A DNA stretch of 63,256 nt, filler included, from Olpidium bornovanus S191 (taxonomy: Eukaryota; Fungi; Olpidiomycota): the NCBI GenBank assembly GCA_017911155.1. It is 27 parts of 27 records of this genome, joined end to end, with 100 filler letters (N's around TTAATTAATTAA, not from the genome) between each part and the next. Parts side by side here need not be neighbours in the genome. Positions count along the whole stretch, not along the records: positions 46,055 to 47,082 come from JAEFCI010006378.1; positions 47,183 to 48,931 come from JAEFCI010001559.1; positions 49,032 to 51,264 come from JAEFCI010013122.1; positions 51,365 to 52,367 come from JAEFCI010001895.1; positions 52,468 to 53,687 come from JAEFCI010006810.1; positions 53,788 to 57,109 come from JAEFCI010005806.1; positions 57,210 to 60,304 come from JAEFCI010006904.1; 20 more parts are not named here. One strand, written 5' to 3'. The position numbers and the translations under genes are program-made. Each line of letters opens with the position of its first letter. The stretch's first letter is position 1. The notes under the pieces are model-generated. The model saw only the letters and a list, made by a program, of their open reading frames with translations. It was not told the origin of the DNA and did no database searches. This document shows, piece by piece, positions 47,082-59,878 of the stretch.

Positions 47082-48137
47082 CNNNNNNNNNNNNNNNNNN
47101 NNNNNNNNNNNNNNNNNNNNNNNNNNTTAATTAATTAANNNNNNNNNNNNNNNNNNNNNNNNNNNNNNNNNNNNNNNNNNNNGGGGAAAAGCGACGCAAA
47201 GAAGTTTCGGCGTCGACGCAAATGGGGCAGGAACAGTCTACGTTGGTCTGCGACGCGGCAGCGATTGCGCGGGACCTCCCAGCAGAGCCTCGGGCGCGTC
47301 TCCTCTCGTTCATCGGGGCCGCCATTGACCACACAACGCGGGCGACGGCGGCAGGAAGCGGCGCGAGTGCGGCGACATCGAAGGCGGCGCACGTCTCCCG
47401 CGCGACCCAGACGGAAACGCAACCGAGGAGCTCCTGCGCGACGCGAACGCCGATGGGAGGACTGCTGTTGACGACCGCGGACGACGCGCCAAGGAACGGT
47501 CCGAAGGCGACGGGGGAAGCCACGCGGAAGCGACTGAGGGAGGAGGCGACGGGGAAACGAGGGGACTCCGAAGGGCCAAGTTCGAAGGAGAGGAGGACGG
47601 GACCCACCGCGTTAAAGCGCTCGTGCGGGGCAACGTCGGGCCCCACCGACGACATGACGACGACGCTGGAGGAAGACATACGCGTGCTCTTTGACGGCGA
47701 CGGGACGCCTGGCCCGATCGTAAGGTCTTTCTTGGACCTTGAGGCGAAAGAGCAAGGCCGAGCGGAAAGCGAGGGCCAAGGGTCGGAGTAGACCAGCGAC
47801 GAAGCTGACAGACTCAAAGACGATGGCGAAAACATCACCTTTACTTTGGGAGACGACGAGCGCCGCGAGGGAACAGACACGCTGCCTACGGCGCTCGCCG
47901 AAACCGGAGAGCCTGGAGCCGCGACTGAGAACGAAGGAAAACCGTGTTGATCCGCCTGGGTCGAAGCGTGCCTATCGCAGACGAAGCAGACCGCCAAGGA
48001 CCGCGCGAACAGGGTGCGGGCGCGCGCCGCGGTCCGCGCCACGCTCCTCGCAGGGGGCGGGTCAAAGGGACTTGACGCAACGGCAACGAAGAAGTCTCCG
48101 ACCGATGAGCCGAACGAAGTCGAACAACAAGCGGCAG

Positions 48138-48595
48138 TATGGGGGGTGACACTTACATTGCACTCTGGGGCTTTGATTTTCTTCTTCTTGGGGCTTTGCT
48201 TTTCGTCGTCTTTCTTTCTTTCATTTTCTTTCAGTTTTTTCAGGGAAATTTCTTCCCTTTTTAACCCTTTTTCGAATTAACCTTTGTCCCAATTTAGCCT
48301 TTGTCCAATTTTAACCGTTCTGCATTTTAACTTTTTTTAAGTCGCTTTAAACTTTTTTGACATCACTTTAAACTTTTAAGTCGCTTTAAACTTTTTTGAC
48401 ATCACTTTAAACTCTCTTGAGAGCGCTTTAAGCTTTTTCGACATCAGTTTAGACTTTCTTTTGATGTCGCCTTAAACTTTTCTCGCGTCACTTTAGCTTT
48501 GTGTCTCTATTTTAGCTTTGTCTCTCTATTTTAGCTTCGTCTCTCTATTTAGTCTCTGCACAGCTGCGCTCTGGAGACCTGAGCTTAATCCCCAG
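48138..48595 (+). repeat. Dispersed repeat, copy C (internal sub-repeat duplication; similarity stops at 48595)
   Basis: Same TATGGGGGGTGACACTTACATTGC start. Diverges after GAGCTTAATCCCCAG into TGTTGTGGG... Confidence 0.93.
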
Positions 48596-49031
48596 TGTTG
48601 TGGGTGGTGTGTCCGGCGAAGGGTTCTTGTCTCTATGCCAGGGTTACCCTGGTATAAACCGTGAAAAAAAAGCCAGGTGGGCGCCAAATACTCATCGAGT
48701 ATTAAGTTTAGGTTAGGCTTAAAAAAGGTAGGAAGCCCCGTTGACGTTTTATTCTGGTTTTCATTGGTCTATTTTCAAGGGGGTTCCATTTCCGGTAAAC
48801 TTTTCCTGGGGCGCCTCTTTCCGTTGAACTTCCCCCCTCGGGGAATTTTATTCTGGTCTTCCTTTCCAAAATTTCCGAGCTGCTCCCCCCCCCTTGTCCC
48901 CACCTTCAACCCTAACCTCCCTTCCCCCCCCNNNNNNNNNNNNNNNNNNNNNNNNNNNNNNNNNNNNNNNNNNNNTTAATTAATTAANNNNNNNNNNNNN
49001 NNNNNNNNNNNNNNNNNNNNNNNNNNNNNNN

Positions 49032-50133
49032 AAATTTGCCGTGATATCGTCCTTCCTAATCGCGACGTCGATCTTCCAAAATGCCTCCGGCACAAAAGAC
49101 TCCGCCTTCAGGAATTGGTCGACGACAAAGCCCAAAGTGGGGAATTGGCATGAGCCTACCGAACCGGGTTCTGGGTCAGTCGCGACCTTTCCTTTCCGAT
49201 GAGTGCCCGAACATTACGCCAAGAGTCGTCACCGTAGCTGATAATTCTATCCTTCAACTCGCGGAACCGCCGTTGGAACGTGAGGGTCTGGAAGCGCGTG
49301 AAGGCGGCTCCGATGCGCAGGTCGAGTTCTATCCGCGCGTCTACCGCTTCAGCCTCGCGCCAGTTTAAATCCACAGGGTTCTGGCAAGCCCTGTGTATTT
49401 CGCTGCCGATTTACATCGTCAGACGCGTACAATCAACAAAACCATATACGAAAGGAGGCGTGGGATGTGGGTGTCCTTACCGGGGTTGAACCACGGAAAA
49501 TCGCGCGCGTACCACGTCAATGCGCGGGTTGGCGGCGCGGCATACCTCCGCAATCTCCGCCCCAATGTTTTCCCCCTCGCGGTCACAATCGGTCCATATC
49601 ATCAGCCTCGACGCGCGACGGGCCTCCTGGGCGATGTTCTGCTGGACGTCCTTCAACTTCTACTTACGTTCAGGCCATGACATCAGTCCGGCTCAATTCG
49701 CCGTCCACCACGCCAACGCGAAAAACTAGACCTGACAGAAAACAACCCGCGTACATCCTGAATACGCCGGACGACCGGCGCATCAAAAAGATCCAGCGGG
49801 TCGCACGACGCCCACTTCCGGAAGTCGTTCGAAAAGTCCGTTTCCATGACGTGCCCGAGGACGCTGGTCATGACGAACTGGCAGTCGCGATTGTTCAGCC
49901 GGTAGGTGAATTCGAAATTCCTGCAGTACTTGTTTTTGCCGTTTCTCTACATTTACGGCGCGCGCCCGTTGAGCGGACGTCCTTGCAAGATCGAAGGCCT
50001 CGTGTCACGCGGCGAAAACGGCGGGGACGTTTCCAGACACAAAGTGACCTACCGATCGGCATGCGTTGTTGGATAATATCCGGGATATCGATTTTGCCAT
50101 CGACGGTTTTTCCGCAACACACAGCACTTTCAT
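49032..50133 (-). CDS. TOP3: DNA topoisomerase III (type IA), 5' part, multi-exon
   Basis: MKVLCVAEKPSMAKSISRIL; MTSVLGHVMETDF..FRKWASCDP; IWTDCDREGENIG; EAVDARIELDLRIGAAFTRFQT; IISYG|SCQFPTLGFVV. Confidence 0.97.
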
Positions 50134-51029
50134 GGTTGATCGCTGGTTGCGGGCTCCGCGGCTGACAGGAAGACGGCGGACGCGGAAAGCGCACAACGAG
50201 GGCGTCGCGAAGCACGGCCGAACACCGCGGTCACTGTCTGTCGCGAGGGCGGACGTCAGTCCAGCGGGGAAGACGGGCGGCCCCAAGAAAAGAGCGCCGT
50301 GCAGGTTGGCCGCGGCAGCTCGAAGCCTCGCGGACCCCCGCCGTGGGTGTTGGTTGGGTGTTTGCTGGAGACCCGGAAATGCAGGCCGCATTGCCGGGCC
50401 CGCCCCCACGAGGAACAAAAAAAAAAAAAAAAAGAAAGAAATAATCCAATTATGGAATTGTGTCGAGGCCGCCAGGTGCTTGGCTACTGTCGCATACAGC
50501 ATTTGGCCACCCGTCCCATCTCGTGCCGTGGCTGTCCTCCTGCTGCCGGGGATCGCGGATGTGGATGCGCGCCACCGGCTGCGTCGAGCTTTGGGCACCA
50601 ACCATGACGAGGCCTCCGCACTCACGAGGGCGCGACTCAAAATAGCCCCGTTGGAGTAAAGTAAATGGATGTCATGGAAGGCGAATACGCGCGCCGTCCG
50701 ACGCACAATATCATCGGAGAGAGCGGATCCAATGAGCACGAAATGAACACGTGCGTATATTGCAGATGGTTACATCGGCAATCAGCACTAGGGACGGTCG
50801 AAAGCTGTGTGTAGAGTAGGGGAAATTGCTTGCAAGAAAGAAACAGGAGAAGGCAAAGAAGATCTTTCGCTTATCTGAACTGCTTTGCGACGACCAATCT
50901 ATTCTTGCGGCATTCCCGACGTAAGGATCTTCCACAAAGGCGGGGTGGTTTTCTCGGATACTGCAAGGCTCTTGAGTCACTCAAGGACAGGAAACATGAA
51001 AGGTCGATGATCAGGCATGAGGAACGAAA

Positions 51030-51264
51030 CTATGCCGCGGAACCCCATCCGAATTTCTCCTTCAGCGTATCGACAACGCTCTTCGGTTTCTCCTTTGTCT
51101 CAAAAACAGTTTGACGACCGGCAGCTTTCGGGTGGTGAGTCGCCTCACGAACTCGGTGCTCGGCCTGTTGGGCTGCCTCATCCGAAAGGTGGCGGATGTA
51201 ATTAGACTCTTCTCGGGCGCGATCCTGAGCGCGCTCGGCTTTTTCGGCAGCTCGGTCTCTCATG
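51030..51264 (-). CDS. Charged amphipathic helical ORF fragment, LEA/hydrophilin-like
   Basis: RDRAAEKAERAQDRAREESNYIRHLSDEAAQQAEHRVRE...KSVVDTLKEKFGWG; composition-based call only. Confidence 0.3.
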
Positions 51265-51364
51265 NNNNNNNNNNNNNNNNNNNNNNNNNNNNNNNNNNNN
51301 NNNNNNNNTTAATTAATTAANNNNNNNNNNNNNNNNNNNNNNNNNNNNNNNNNNNNNNNNNNNN

Positions 51365-52367
51365 CTGGTTGCGGAGGTCGACTATCGTGGGGTATATGAC
51401 CCGATACTCGTCGATCGCCGTCTTGAGCTTGGGGATGACATCGTTGGGGGGCAGGCCCTTGTCCAACACGTAGACCTGTTTCATGTACGTTTGGATCTGC
51501 GCATTGATTTCCTCCGGGTTGAGCTGTTCGAACGGTTGCGACTTCCACTTTCTAGGAGAAAAAGGTCACCGTGAGCCTCAGAAAGACCGCGGCCGTCACG
51601 CAACGCCAACGAGAGCCGCGCCCGAGGGGGGCCCACGCACTCGGTCATGGCGTCCCACTCCTTGAAACTCGTCCACAGCATGCGCTTCAGCTGCAACTCC
51701 GACTTCGTCTCCTCCAGCTCCGTGGACTTGGTCGGAACTACTTTCAGCTCCTGCTGGTAATCCGCGTAGGCGTCCGCGACCGAGGACAGCTTGTTGAGCT
51801 GCTGCTGCAGGGCATCGAGGAATTTCAGGACGACGTCGACCTTGGAGTTCGGGTTCAGGATGATGGGATCCTGCGCCCGGTTCCGGATTTCCAGGACCTC
51901 GGTGATGTTGTCCGCGATGTTCTTCTCCAGCTCCTGGCTGAACTTTGCGACGTTTTCCTCCCGCGTGTCTTCGGCGAGGTCCACGGTATCCTTGAGATGC
52001 CGCATGGTCGGCCCCAGAGTCTGGTAAACTGCCAGATCGGTCGGCGACACGGACACCCGATACTGTTCCATCAGAGTGTACAGCCTCGTCACCTCGTTGA
52101 ACTGGTACTCGACGGCCGGCATGCACTGCTTGACCTTAGCGAGGTGGGCGAGGTACTCGACGAAACCTTCCACGTTTTGAGGAGTGCTCCCGAGCACGCG
52201 GACCGAGTGGTTCAGGTCAGTCAGCAAAACCTCGTTCTTGTCCCTGGCGAGCCCGGGAAGGATGCTGGCGATCGCGTGGAAGCAGCGCTCCGGGGAAGGC
52301 AGCAAGAGCGCCTTGAGCTTTTTGCTGTCCACAAGCAGGTTCCCGACGACGGTCTCCGCCGGCATGA
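51365..52367 (-). CDS. Axonemal dynein heavy chain, internal tail fragment (DNAH6-like inner arm)
   Basis: LLVDSKKLKALLLPSPERCF...ELQLKRMLWTSFKEWDAMTE|KWKSQPFEQLNPEEI...KGLPPNDVIPKLKTAIDEYR..YPTIVDLRN; one GT-AG intron. Confidence 0.88.
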
Positions 52368-52729
52368 NNNNNNNNNNNNNNNNNNNNNNNNNNNNNNNNN
52401 NNNNNNNNNNNTTAATTAATTAANNNNNNNNNNNNNNNNNNNNNNNNNNNNNNNNNNNNNNNNNNNNCGACGTCGTCGCCTGGGGATATTGCGTGGCGAG
52501 GACTCGTGATTCCGCCCTCCGCGCCGGCGTCGTGCCCCGGCCGACGGTCGGCTGCGCGACCTTGGGTGCGGGGAGAAAGAGCTCGCCTCAAATAGGGCGG
52601 GGGAGGGGGGGCGGGGTGCGGGGGAAGGAGGTGGGAAGTCGCCGTGCGCCGAGCGGCCGTTCCGGGCACTTCCCCACGAGACCCTGTCTAACGCCCGAAC
52701 TCACCGTACGTTTTCCGAACGGCGACCAG

Positions 52730-53250
52730 CCACGGCTTGGTTCTGGATCCAGGTGAGAAGAACGCGCCTTACTCGGAGAATCAAATGGGATTCGCACAAT
52801 CTGCTCACCGCTCGGACAAATTCTCTCTTTTCTTTGTTCTTCTCTCTCGCTCGCACACGCCAGCGATCCGAAACTGGGTCTTGATTCCGATAACCATCGT
52901 GATGGTCCTGGTCGGCGTTCTCCGACATCAGATCACCATCCTGCTGTCAGGGACGCCCAAGAAACCGACGCTGCTGGCGTTGCGGGAGAGGTGTGTCCGC
53001 CGCTCGCCGCAGCGCGTTTTTTTTTTTTTGCGCTTAGCCGGCGCGCCTGGAAGGAACGGCGCACCTACTCTTTTTTTTTGACGCCTGCCTCCCGTCTGCA
53101 ACGTCCGTCAGCAAGGCGCTCCTCCGCTCTGCGATCCTAAGGATGAACGGTAACTTCATTCCGCCGGCGTCGGCCAAGGCGCGGAAAGACTACCTGAAGT
53201 CGGCGTTTGAAGAGGGACGGTACCTGAAAAACCCGGAACTGGCGGGGAAA
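52730..53250 (+). CDS. EMC3: ER membrane protein complex subunit 3, 5' exons
   Basis: LVLDP|AIRNWVLIPITIVMVLVGVLRHQITILLSGTPKK..LRE|ALLRSAILRMNGNFIPP...RKDYLKSAFEEGRYLK. Confidence 0.92.
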
Positions 53251-53572
53251 GACAGCGGTAAAAAAAAAAAAAAAAAAAAAAAAAGAAAAAAACCCCCCCC
53301 TTTGGTTTTGTGCTCCGCCCCAATAACCAACTATTTTACGGGCGGTGGGGGATTTTTGTTTTTGAACTGGGGCGGGGACCGCAACGTCCGCCGCAAGTGG
53401 ACTGTGCAAACGCTCGCACGCGCCACACACCTCGCACGCGCAACCGAACACGCACCTTGCCGACGCCGCCGTCTCCGAGCACGACGAGCCTGTAGAGGAT
53501 CATGGGATGTCTTTTCTTTTTTGGCCTTTATCGATGTCCTCCCGCTGCCGCGGCCTGTTTCGGCCCGCTTCC

Positions 53573-53671
<99 letters not shown>

Positions 53672-53787
53672 CCGGCGGGCGCGCCCCNNNNNNNNNNNNN
53701 NNNNNNNNNNNNNNNNNNNNNNNNNNNNNNNTTAATTAATTAANNNNNNNNNNNNNNNNNNNNNNNNNNNNNNNNNNNNNNNNNNNN

Positions 53788-55200
53788 CAATGCAGGCCGC
53801 GTTGTCCTCGTAGATAACGGTGGGTGCTTCGGACCGAGCAACGCCACAAGAGTAGAGTGCGTGCTTCTCGACAGAGCGCAACCATATGCATTCTCTTGAT
53901 GCTTCATGCAAGGCGGATGATCTCTGCGTTGTTCGAAGAGGTCACAGTGAGCGTCTGCTTCGTAGAGCGCCATGAGATCGCCGCTCCCTGGCGCAGGAAT
54001 ACGTAACCGGATTGGGACTTAGTTCTGTGAGGGTCCGAGAGGTACCCTGCATCGGCATATCCGATCATCTGCGTGTCCACAGATTTTGTGTAAAATAATC
54101 CCCAGTTTTGCATGCCTTTTAAGGTACCGTAGGACGTGCTTGACGCCATTCCAGTGCCTCTTTGTGGGCCTCGCGCTGTGTCTGGCCAGCAGGTTCACAG
54201 CAAAGGTGATGTCTAGACGTGTACAACCGGCCAGATATAACAACGCCCCGACCGCCGCGAGGTATGGCGTTTTTGCGTTCAGTAACTCCTCGTCCTCTTC
54301 GCAAGAGCGGAAGGGGTCCTCCGCAGGGTCTAATGACCTGACCACCATTGGAGTTGCCAACTGGGTACCTTTTGTCCATGTTGAACCGCTTGAGGACGCG
54401 GCGGATGTACGTCTCCTAGTTCATGAGAATACCACCGGGGAGGCGGTGGATCTGGATACCAAGGCAGAACGTCGTCCGGCCAAGGTCCTTCATCTCGAAC
54501 TCCATGCGGAGGAGTGCGGCTGCCTCGTCAATAGCCTCTGCTGTGCCGATCATGGGCAAGTCGTCAACATAGACAAAAATTACAACAAACCATCTGGATC
54601 ACGCTTAATAAACAGGCAAGGACATAGCTCATTGTTTTGGTGACCTTGCCGGGCGAGGAAATCCCCGAAGCGCTGGTACCACATGCGGCCGGATTGTTTC
54701 AAGCCATGGATTGGTCGCAAAACTTTCACACCTCGATGCGGCCGATCTGCTGTCGAGCGCGGCCGATCTGCCGTTGAGCGCGGCCGATCTGCCGTCGATC
54801 GCGGCCGATCTGCTGTCGAGCGCGGCCGCTCTGCCGTCGAGCGCGGCCGATCTGCTGTTGTGGCGGCGTGGTGGAGTCTTCATGTAGATGTCTACATCGA
54901 CCGATCCACAAAGGTATGCGGTTACCACGTCCATGAGCTTCGTCGTGAGCTTCAGCTGTACGAGGAAGGAGAACAGGAGTCGGAACGTAATCATGTCCAT
55001 TATTACAGGACTGTAAGTAGATTCGCAATCGATTCCACATTTCTGGGTAAAGCCTTGGGGGACTAGTCTGGCCTTGTAGCGGGTTACATTTCCTTCGGCG
55101 TCACGCTTGCGCACGAAGACCCATTCGTGCCCAACAAGGTGGGCATCCGGTGAACGCAGGTTGACGACGGGTCCAAACACGCGACGACGTCAGAACGAGC
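53788..55200 (-). mobile_element. Ty1/copia RT-RNase H region, frameshifted
   Basis: VGHEWVFVRKRDAEGNVTRYKARLVPQGFTQ; MDVVTAYL; HGLKQSGRMWY; MVVRSLDPAEDPFR...PYLAAVGALLYLAGCTRLDITFAVNLLAR; IGYADAGYLSDPH..SQSGYVF..GAAISWRSTKQTL..TSSNNAEI. Confidence 0.96.
54738..54860 (+). repeat. 21-bp tandem repeat (GCGGCCGATCTGCYGTCGAGC) x ~6 inside copia RT
   Basis: Directly visible; reads (G/S)RSAALD in the upstream RT frame. Confidence 0.97.
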
Positions 55201-57209
55201 TGAGCCCGGAATCTATTGCGGCTTTCCGCCGAAGCCAGTCCGGGCAAACGCTTGGCGCTTCAGCGACAGAAGCGCGGTTCAGGGACATCCTCGGCAGAAG
55301 AAATCACATCTGCAGCCGCAAAGGCGAAATCGCCATCTACCACAATTTCGGAATGATCCCACAATGCGCCTGATTCCCGAAAAAATTCACAGGTATTTTC
55401 AGGGTTGGGCTGTGGCTTTGACTCAAACTTCAATTGGGCTCTGCTGGCCCGGAACAGGGTCAGTTGGTGGTATGGCTGTCGGCTGCAGCTGGGGCAGCGC
55501 CACTTCGTGCTGGGTGTTGCCTCCGATCTCACTCCTCAACGCGTGGCCGCTGGGTAGCTGGCCACTGACCAACCATAGATGCAATGCACAATGCACTAAT
55601 CTCAATGACACACGTGTTGTAGTAAATAGTATCGAAATGCACCTCTTCTGCTAAACCTCTTACTCTTTATTTCTCCATTGCAGCAGTTCGGATCCGCCGC
55701 GAAATCGCCTTACTTCTTCATTTGAAGACTTCAAACAAAAAAAAAATAAAAAAATAAAGAAGGCGCACGTGTGTAACTTGTTACGGACGTTCGGTCTGGC
55801 CCGCCCCTGGGCTCCGCCACCCACTACCACATAATACAACGTGGGAGCACCGCACAACAGCAAAAACGGAACCTGTTTGATTTTTGGAGACAGCGTCCCC
55901 GCGAGAAGGGAACGCTGTACTCTGGGCGTAACGACGCTATCTGCTCTAGGCCTGTTTTGTGTGACGGGGAACTGGCAGTTCTACAGGAGGATTACAGTGG
56001 GCGTGGTGCGCACGGCGCGCTCGCGCCTCGGTTCCCTTTTTATTTTACGCCTCTTATTCCCCTTCAGAACCCTCCCTCTTTTAATCAAAGAAATCAGTCG
56101 CACGCGGGTGGGGCGGCGAGCAAAAAAAAAAAAAAAAAAAGGCAAAAGGGCGTAAACGCGTATCCGCAGTCGACGACCCGGCCGCATGGGGGTGTTTGTT
56201 TCGTCTTTTGGTTTCGTCTTGGTTTTTTCCCCTTCCGCTGTAATAGTACTCCGACGGGATAGGCGAGCAAGGGAGGGGAGGGGGGGGGGGGCAGATGCTG
56301 AGCACACAAGTTAAAAAAAGGGGAGGGAAAAAAAACAAAACGAACATCCTGAAAGCCAGATTATCCCGATAGTTACGATCCGCGTAAAAGAACAACAAGA
56401 GAGGTGGCTGGTTTTTGTTTTTCTAATTTTGGCGGGAGGAATTAGGAGGAGGAGGGGGTTGTGCGTGCGGGGGAGGCCAAAAAAAGGGGAGCGAAGTGGG
56501 ATGGTTTGGTATGGGATATCGCGAGGCAGAGGGTCCTTTGGCGATACCCGGAGGGACAAACAGCAGGAACGGCGACCGCATTTTTGTCAGCGACGTGAAG
56601 CCGGGGTGGCCCCCCCAGCGCGGGCCCCGCGCAAAAGCGATCGAGGGCAATCCTTTTGCCGTCGAGAACCAGCGGAAATTGGGAGAGGGGAATGAGGAAA
56701 GGTGCAGCGCGGCAGCCGACCCCCTCTCTGGCGCGGTGTCGGGAGGGGGGGGGGGTGTGGGGGAAAGGGAAGACGCGGTCGTGGGAGTGGGGGATTCTCC
56801 CGTCCGTCCCTCACTCTCTTTTCATCTCGAACAAAAACGCGATATTCGCGCCTTACACCACAATCTGAGAAGCGTCGAGCCCGAGCGCGTGCAAAAACAA
56901 GTTGCAGTTGGCAACCTTGGCCGTGTCTTTTTCCGTCGGGAGCCTGCCGGACGAGGCCGACACGGCGGCGGCGGCGTCCAGAACCTTCTCCCTGTTGCGG
57001 GTCCCCCCAGCCCCCCAAGGATTTCCCCACCGACAAAAAGTAAGTACCGTTCAACAAGCGAATGCCGAGCGGAAAATACCGCTTCTGAAAAAAAAGAAAC
57101 ACCATCATGNNNNNNNNNNNNNNNNNNNNNNNNNNNNNNNNNNNNNNNNNNNNTTAATTAATTAANNNNNNNNNNNNNNNNNNNNNNNNNNNNNNNNNNN
57201 NNNNNNNNN

Positions 57210-59359
57210 CATGTCGTCGGAGAATTTCTCACGAGCTGACAGATTACTCGGGAAGTTTGGCTGTGCCGTTTCCTTGTTTAGGAATTCGATCACCGCTAGA
57301 ATTGCGGAGTCACGGCGTTGAGCAGCGATAATTTGCGCTCGCAGCGTTGTTGTCAGCGGACTCGCTGACGGTGCCGGCCGGTTAGCCGGTGGCTGGCCAG
57401 TAGGTACTCGCTGAGTAACGGCGGTTACCTCGCAGGTAAGGTCGAGAAGAGATCTTTCCGCAACGTGATCAATTTGATCAACGGCGTAATCACGTTTGTC
57501 TGACAGAATTCTTATTCTGCCGACGTGTTGATCTGAGCTCAGATTACACATTAGCACCGGGCGCTGCACGTTTGCGGCGCTTGCGGCGATCAGATCTTTA
57601 TAATAGGGCGCACTGGTCTCAGGCGTCCACTCGGGATCGGCATCCTCAACGGGAAATCGTGACGACGCATCGGCATTGCCGTTCGTCATTCCCGGTTTTG
57701 GTTCAATCGTGAGATCAAATTTTGACAGGCGCATTGCCCATTGAGCGAGACGACTTTTTTGCGTTCCGAGTAGCCATTTAAAGGAACCATGGTCCGTCTC
57801 GACGTCGAACGTTTTGCCGACAAGGTAGGGGCGGAATTTTTCACATGCCCATATGATGGCTAATGCTTCCTTTTCCTGAGTGTGATATTTCAACTCAGCG
57901 TTTGCAAGTCTGCGACTTGCAAACGCGACGGGATGGAGCTTTTTGTCCTTGCCCTCTTGGCAGAGCACTGCACCGAGTCCCTGATCGAACGCGTCGGTCT
58001 GCAGCGTGAATTTGAACTTGCGGGAAAAATCCGGAAGTTTCAAGATCGGCGGAGACAGCATTATTTCTTTAAGGCGCTCGAAGGCCCGTTGCTGCTCATC
58101 GCCCCAATGCCACGGTATGTTGGCTTGGTTAGATCGTGGATGGGTCTCACGATCAGCGAGGATTTTTCGATGAACTGACGGTAATGGCCCATCATTCCAA
58201 GGAATGTGCAAATGCTCGAGACGTCGCGCGGGACTGGGTAGTCCAGTATTGCACGTTTCGTCGTCGGGTCTGGCTTCAGACCGTCCGGCGTCACCAAGTA
58301 TCCAAGGTACAGTAGTTCTGTACAGCAGAAAAAGCATTTGGATAACTTCATTTTGAGGCCGGCCTCATTGAGACGCTCGAACACCAGACCGATATCTCTG
58401 ACATGATCCTCGAATGTTCGGGAAAAGACTACAACGTCGTCGAGGTACACTAAACAGCATTGCCATTTGAGTCCTGCGAGGACGGCGTCCATCATGCACT
58501 GGAACGTTGCCGGTGCTCCGGTGAGTCCGAACGGCATGCAGATCCACTCGAAGAGTCCTTCGTGGGTGACAAAGGCAGTCTTCTGCGCGTTGTCGGGGTG
58601 TAATGGCACTTGCCAATACCCTGACAACATGTCGAATGCGGTAAGGTACTTGGCACCATTAAGCGCATCGACAGTATCGTCAATTCGGGACAGAGGATAC
58701 ACATCTTTCTTTGTGATCTTATTCAGTTTGCAGTAATCTATGCAGAACCGAACCCCGCCATCTTTCTTCGGTGCCAGGACTACTGATGCAGCCCACGGCG
58801 ACCGAGATGGTCTGATAACCTTTGCATCAAGCATCATGCGTGTTTCGGCAGATATTGCTTCTCTTTTGTGAGGGGCCGTTCGACGCGGCGACGCTGTGGT
58901 AGATTTAGCGTCGCCCGTATCGATACGGTGCATGGTGATTTCCGGGTGGACCTGGCCGGGATTTTTATCGCGCGCAAACAAGCCTCTCGCTTGTTGATCT
59001 CTGATTAACTACGTCAGCTTGTTGAGCTGCGCGTCGGTGATATCGTCAATCCCGCGACCAATATTAAGGTCAAGAGGAATATCTTTCCAATTGACGCCTG
59101 GTCGCTGCCTGATCAGTTCTTCAACTTTGAAGTGATCGTTCTTGTCATCCTCCGTAAGTGCGTTACGGGTTTCCGCATACTTTTGCACTTGCTGTGCGCT
59201 TGCAACATTGATGTACTCATCTTCTGTTGCGGTGTGGTACCAATGTCGGCGGAAACGGTTGGGTGGGATGACCAAGGCGAGTAGGCGAGAGGGCCAGGAT
59301 GGGCTGGGGGCCGCTGAGGCCGGTGAGAAATCGGTCGGCGTGCGCGCCGATGGGGGCAT
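57210..59359 (-). mobile_element. Ty3/gypsy pol (RT - RNase H - start of integrase linker), one frameshift between RT and RNase H
   Basis: SRSPWAASVVLAPKKDGGVRFCIDYCKLN; FDMLSGYWQ; MPFGLTGAPATFQ; VYLDDVVVFS; LQTDAFDQGLGAVL; QEKEALAIIWACEKFRPYL; NADASSRF. Confidence 0.97.
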
Positions 59360-59878
59360 CGGTGGAGCTTATCCCACCCACCAAGTACGTAAAGCCCCAG
59401 CCCCACCACACATTCGACAGAAACGTGTAGGACCCCTCCCCAAACACAATAGAAACTTGAGGCGAACAAACCGCCCAACGACCCGGCGCTGTCGCGAGTT
59501 GACGGGGCAACGCCCAAACCGTTGCCCGCCGAGGGAGCGTTTACGGTTGGGGCCCCGGTCGTTCCGACACGGCAGGGTCGGGCAGGGAGTACGGCGCTGG
59601 TGCGGCGCGGCGGGGGCGATCGACGAAGCCGTCGACGAGCGCGTCGACCACGGGTGTCAACGGCGCCGAGCTTGTTTGAGCGCCAACTGACCAGCCCGAC
59701 GTGAGTTGCCCCCGGCGGGCCACGCACGCCTGCCCCCCCGATATCTACGGGCCTCACAAAGGGATCCCACAGAGGCGCTCCCGGGCAGGACTGGTGTGAT
59801 TGGGCACGGTTGGTGGACCGTGTGGGCGTCGTGGACAGGAGTGGTGTCAAGTTACTAGCGGGCGGGGCGCGGGCAAGT

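Noticed and set aside
10222-50133. Apparent meiosis/chromosome cluster (sororin-like, TERB2-like, SUN, TOP3; also PCNA and CDT2)
   Set aside because: Each gene is on a different contig joined by artificial spacers, so co-occurrence in the window is not linkage.
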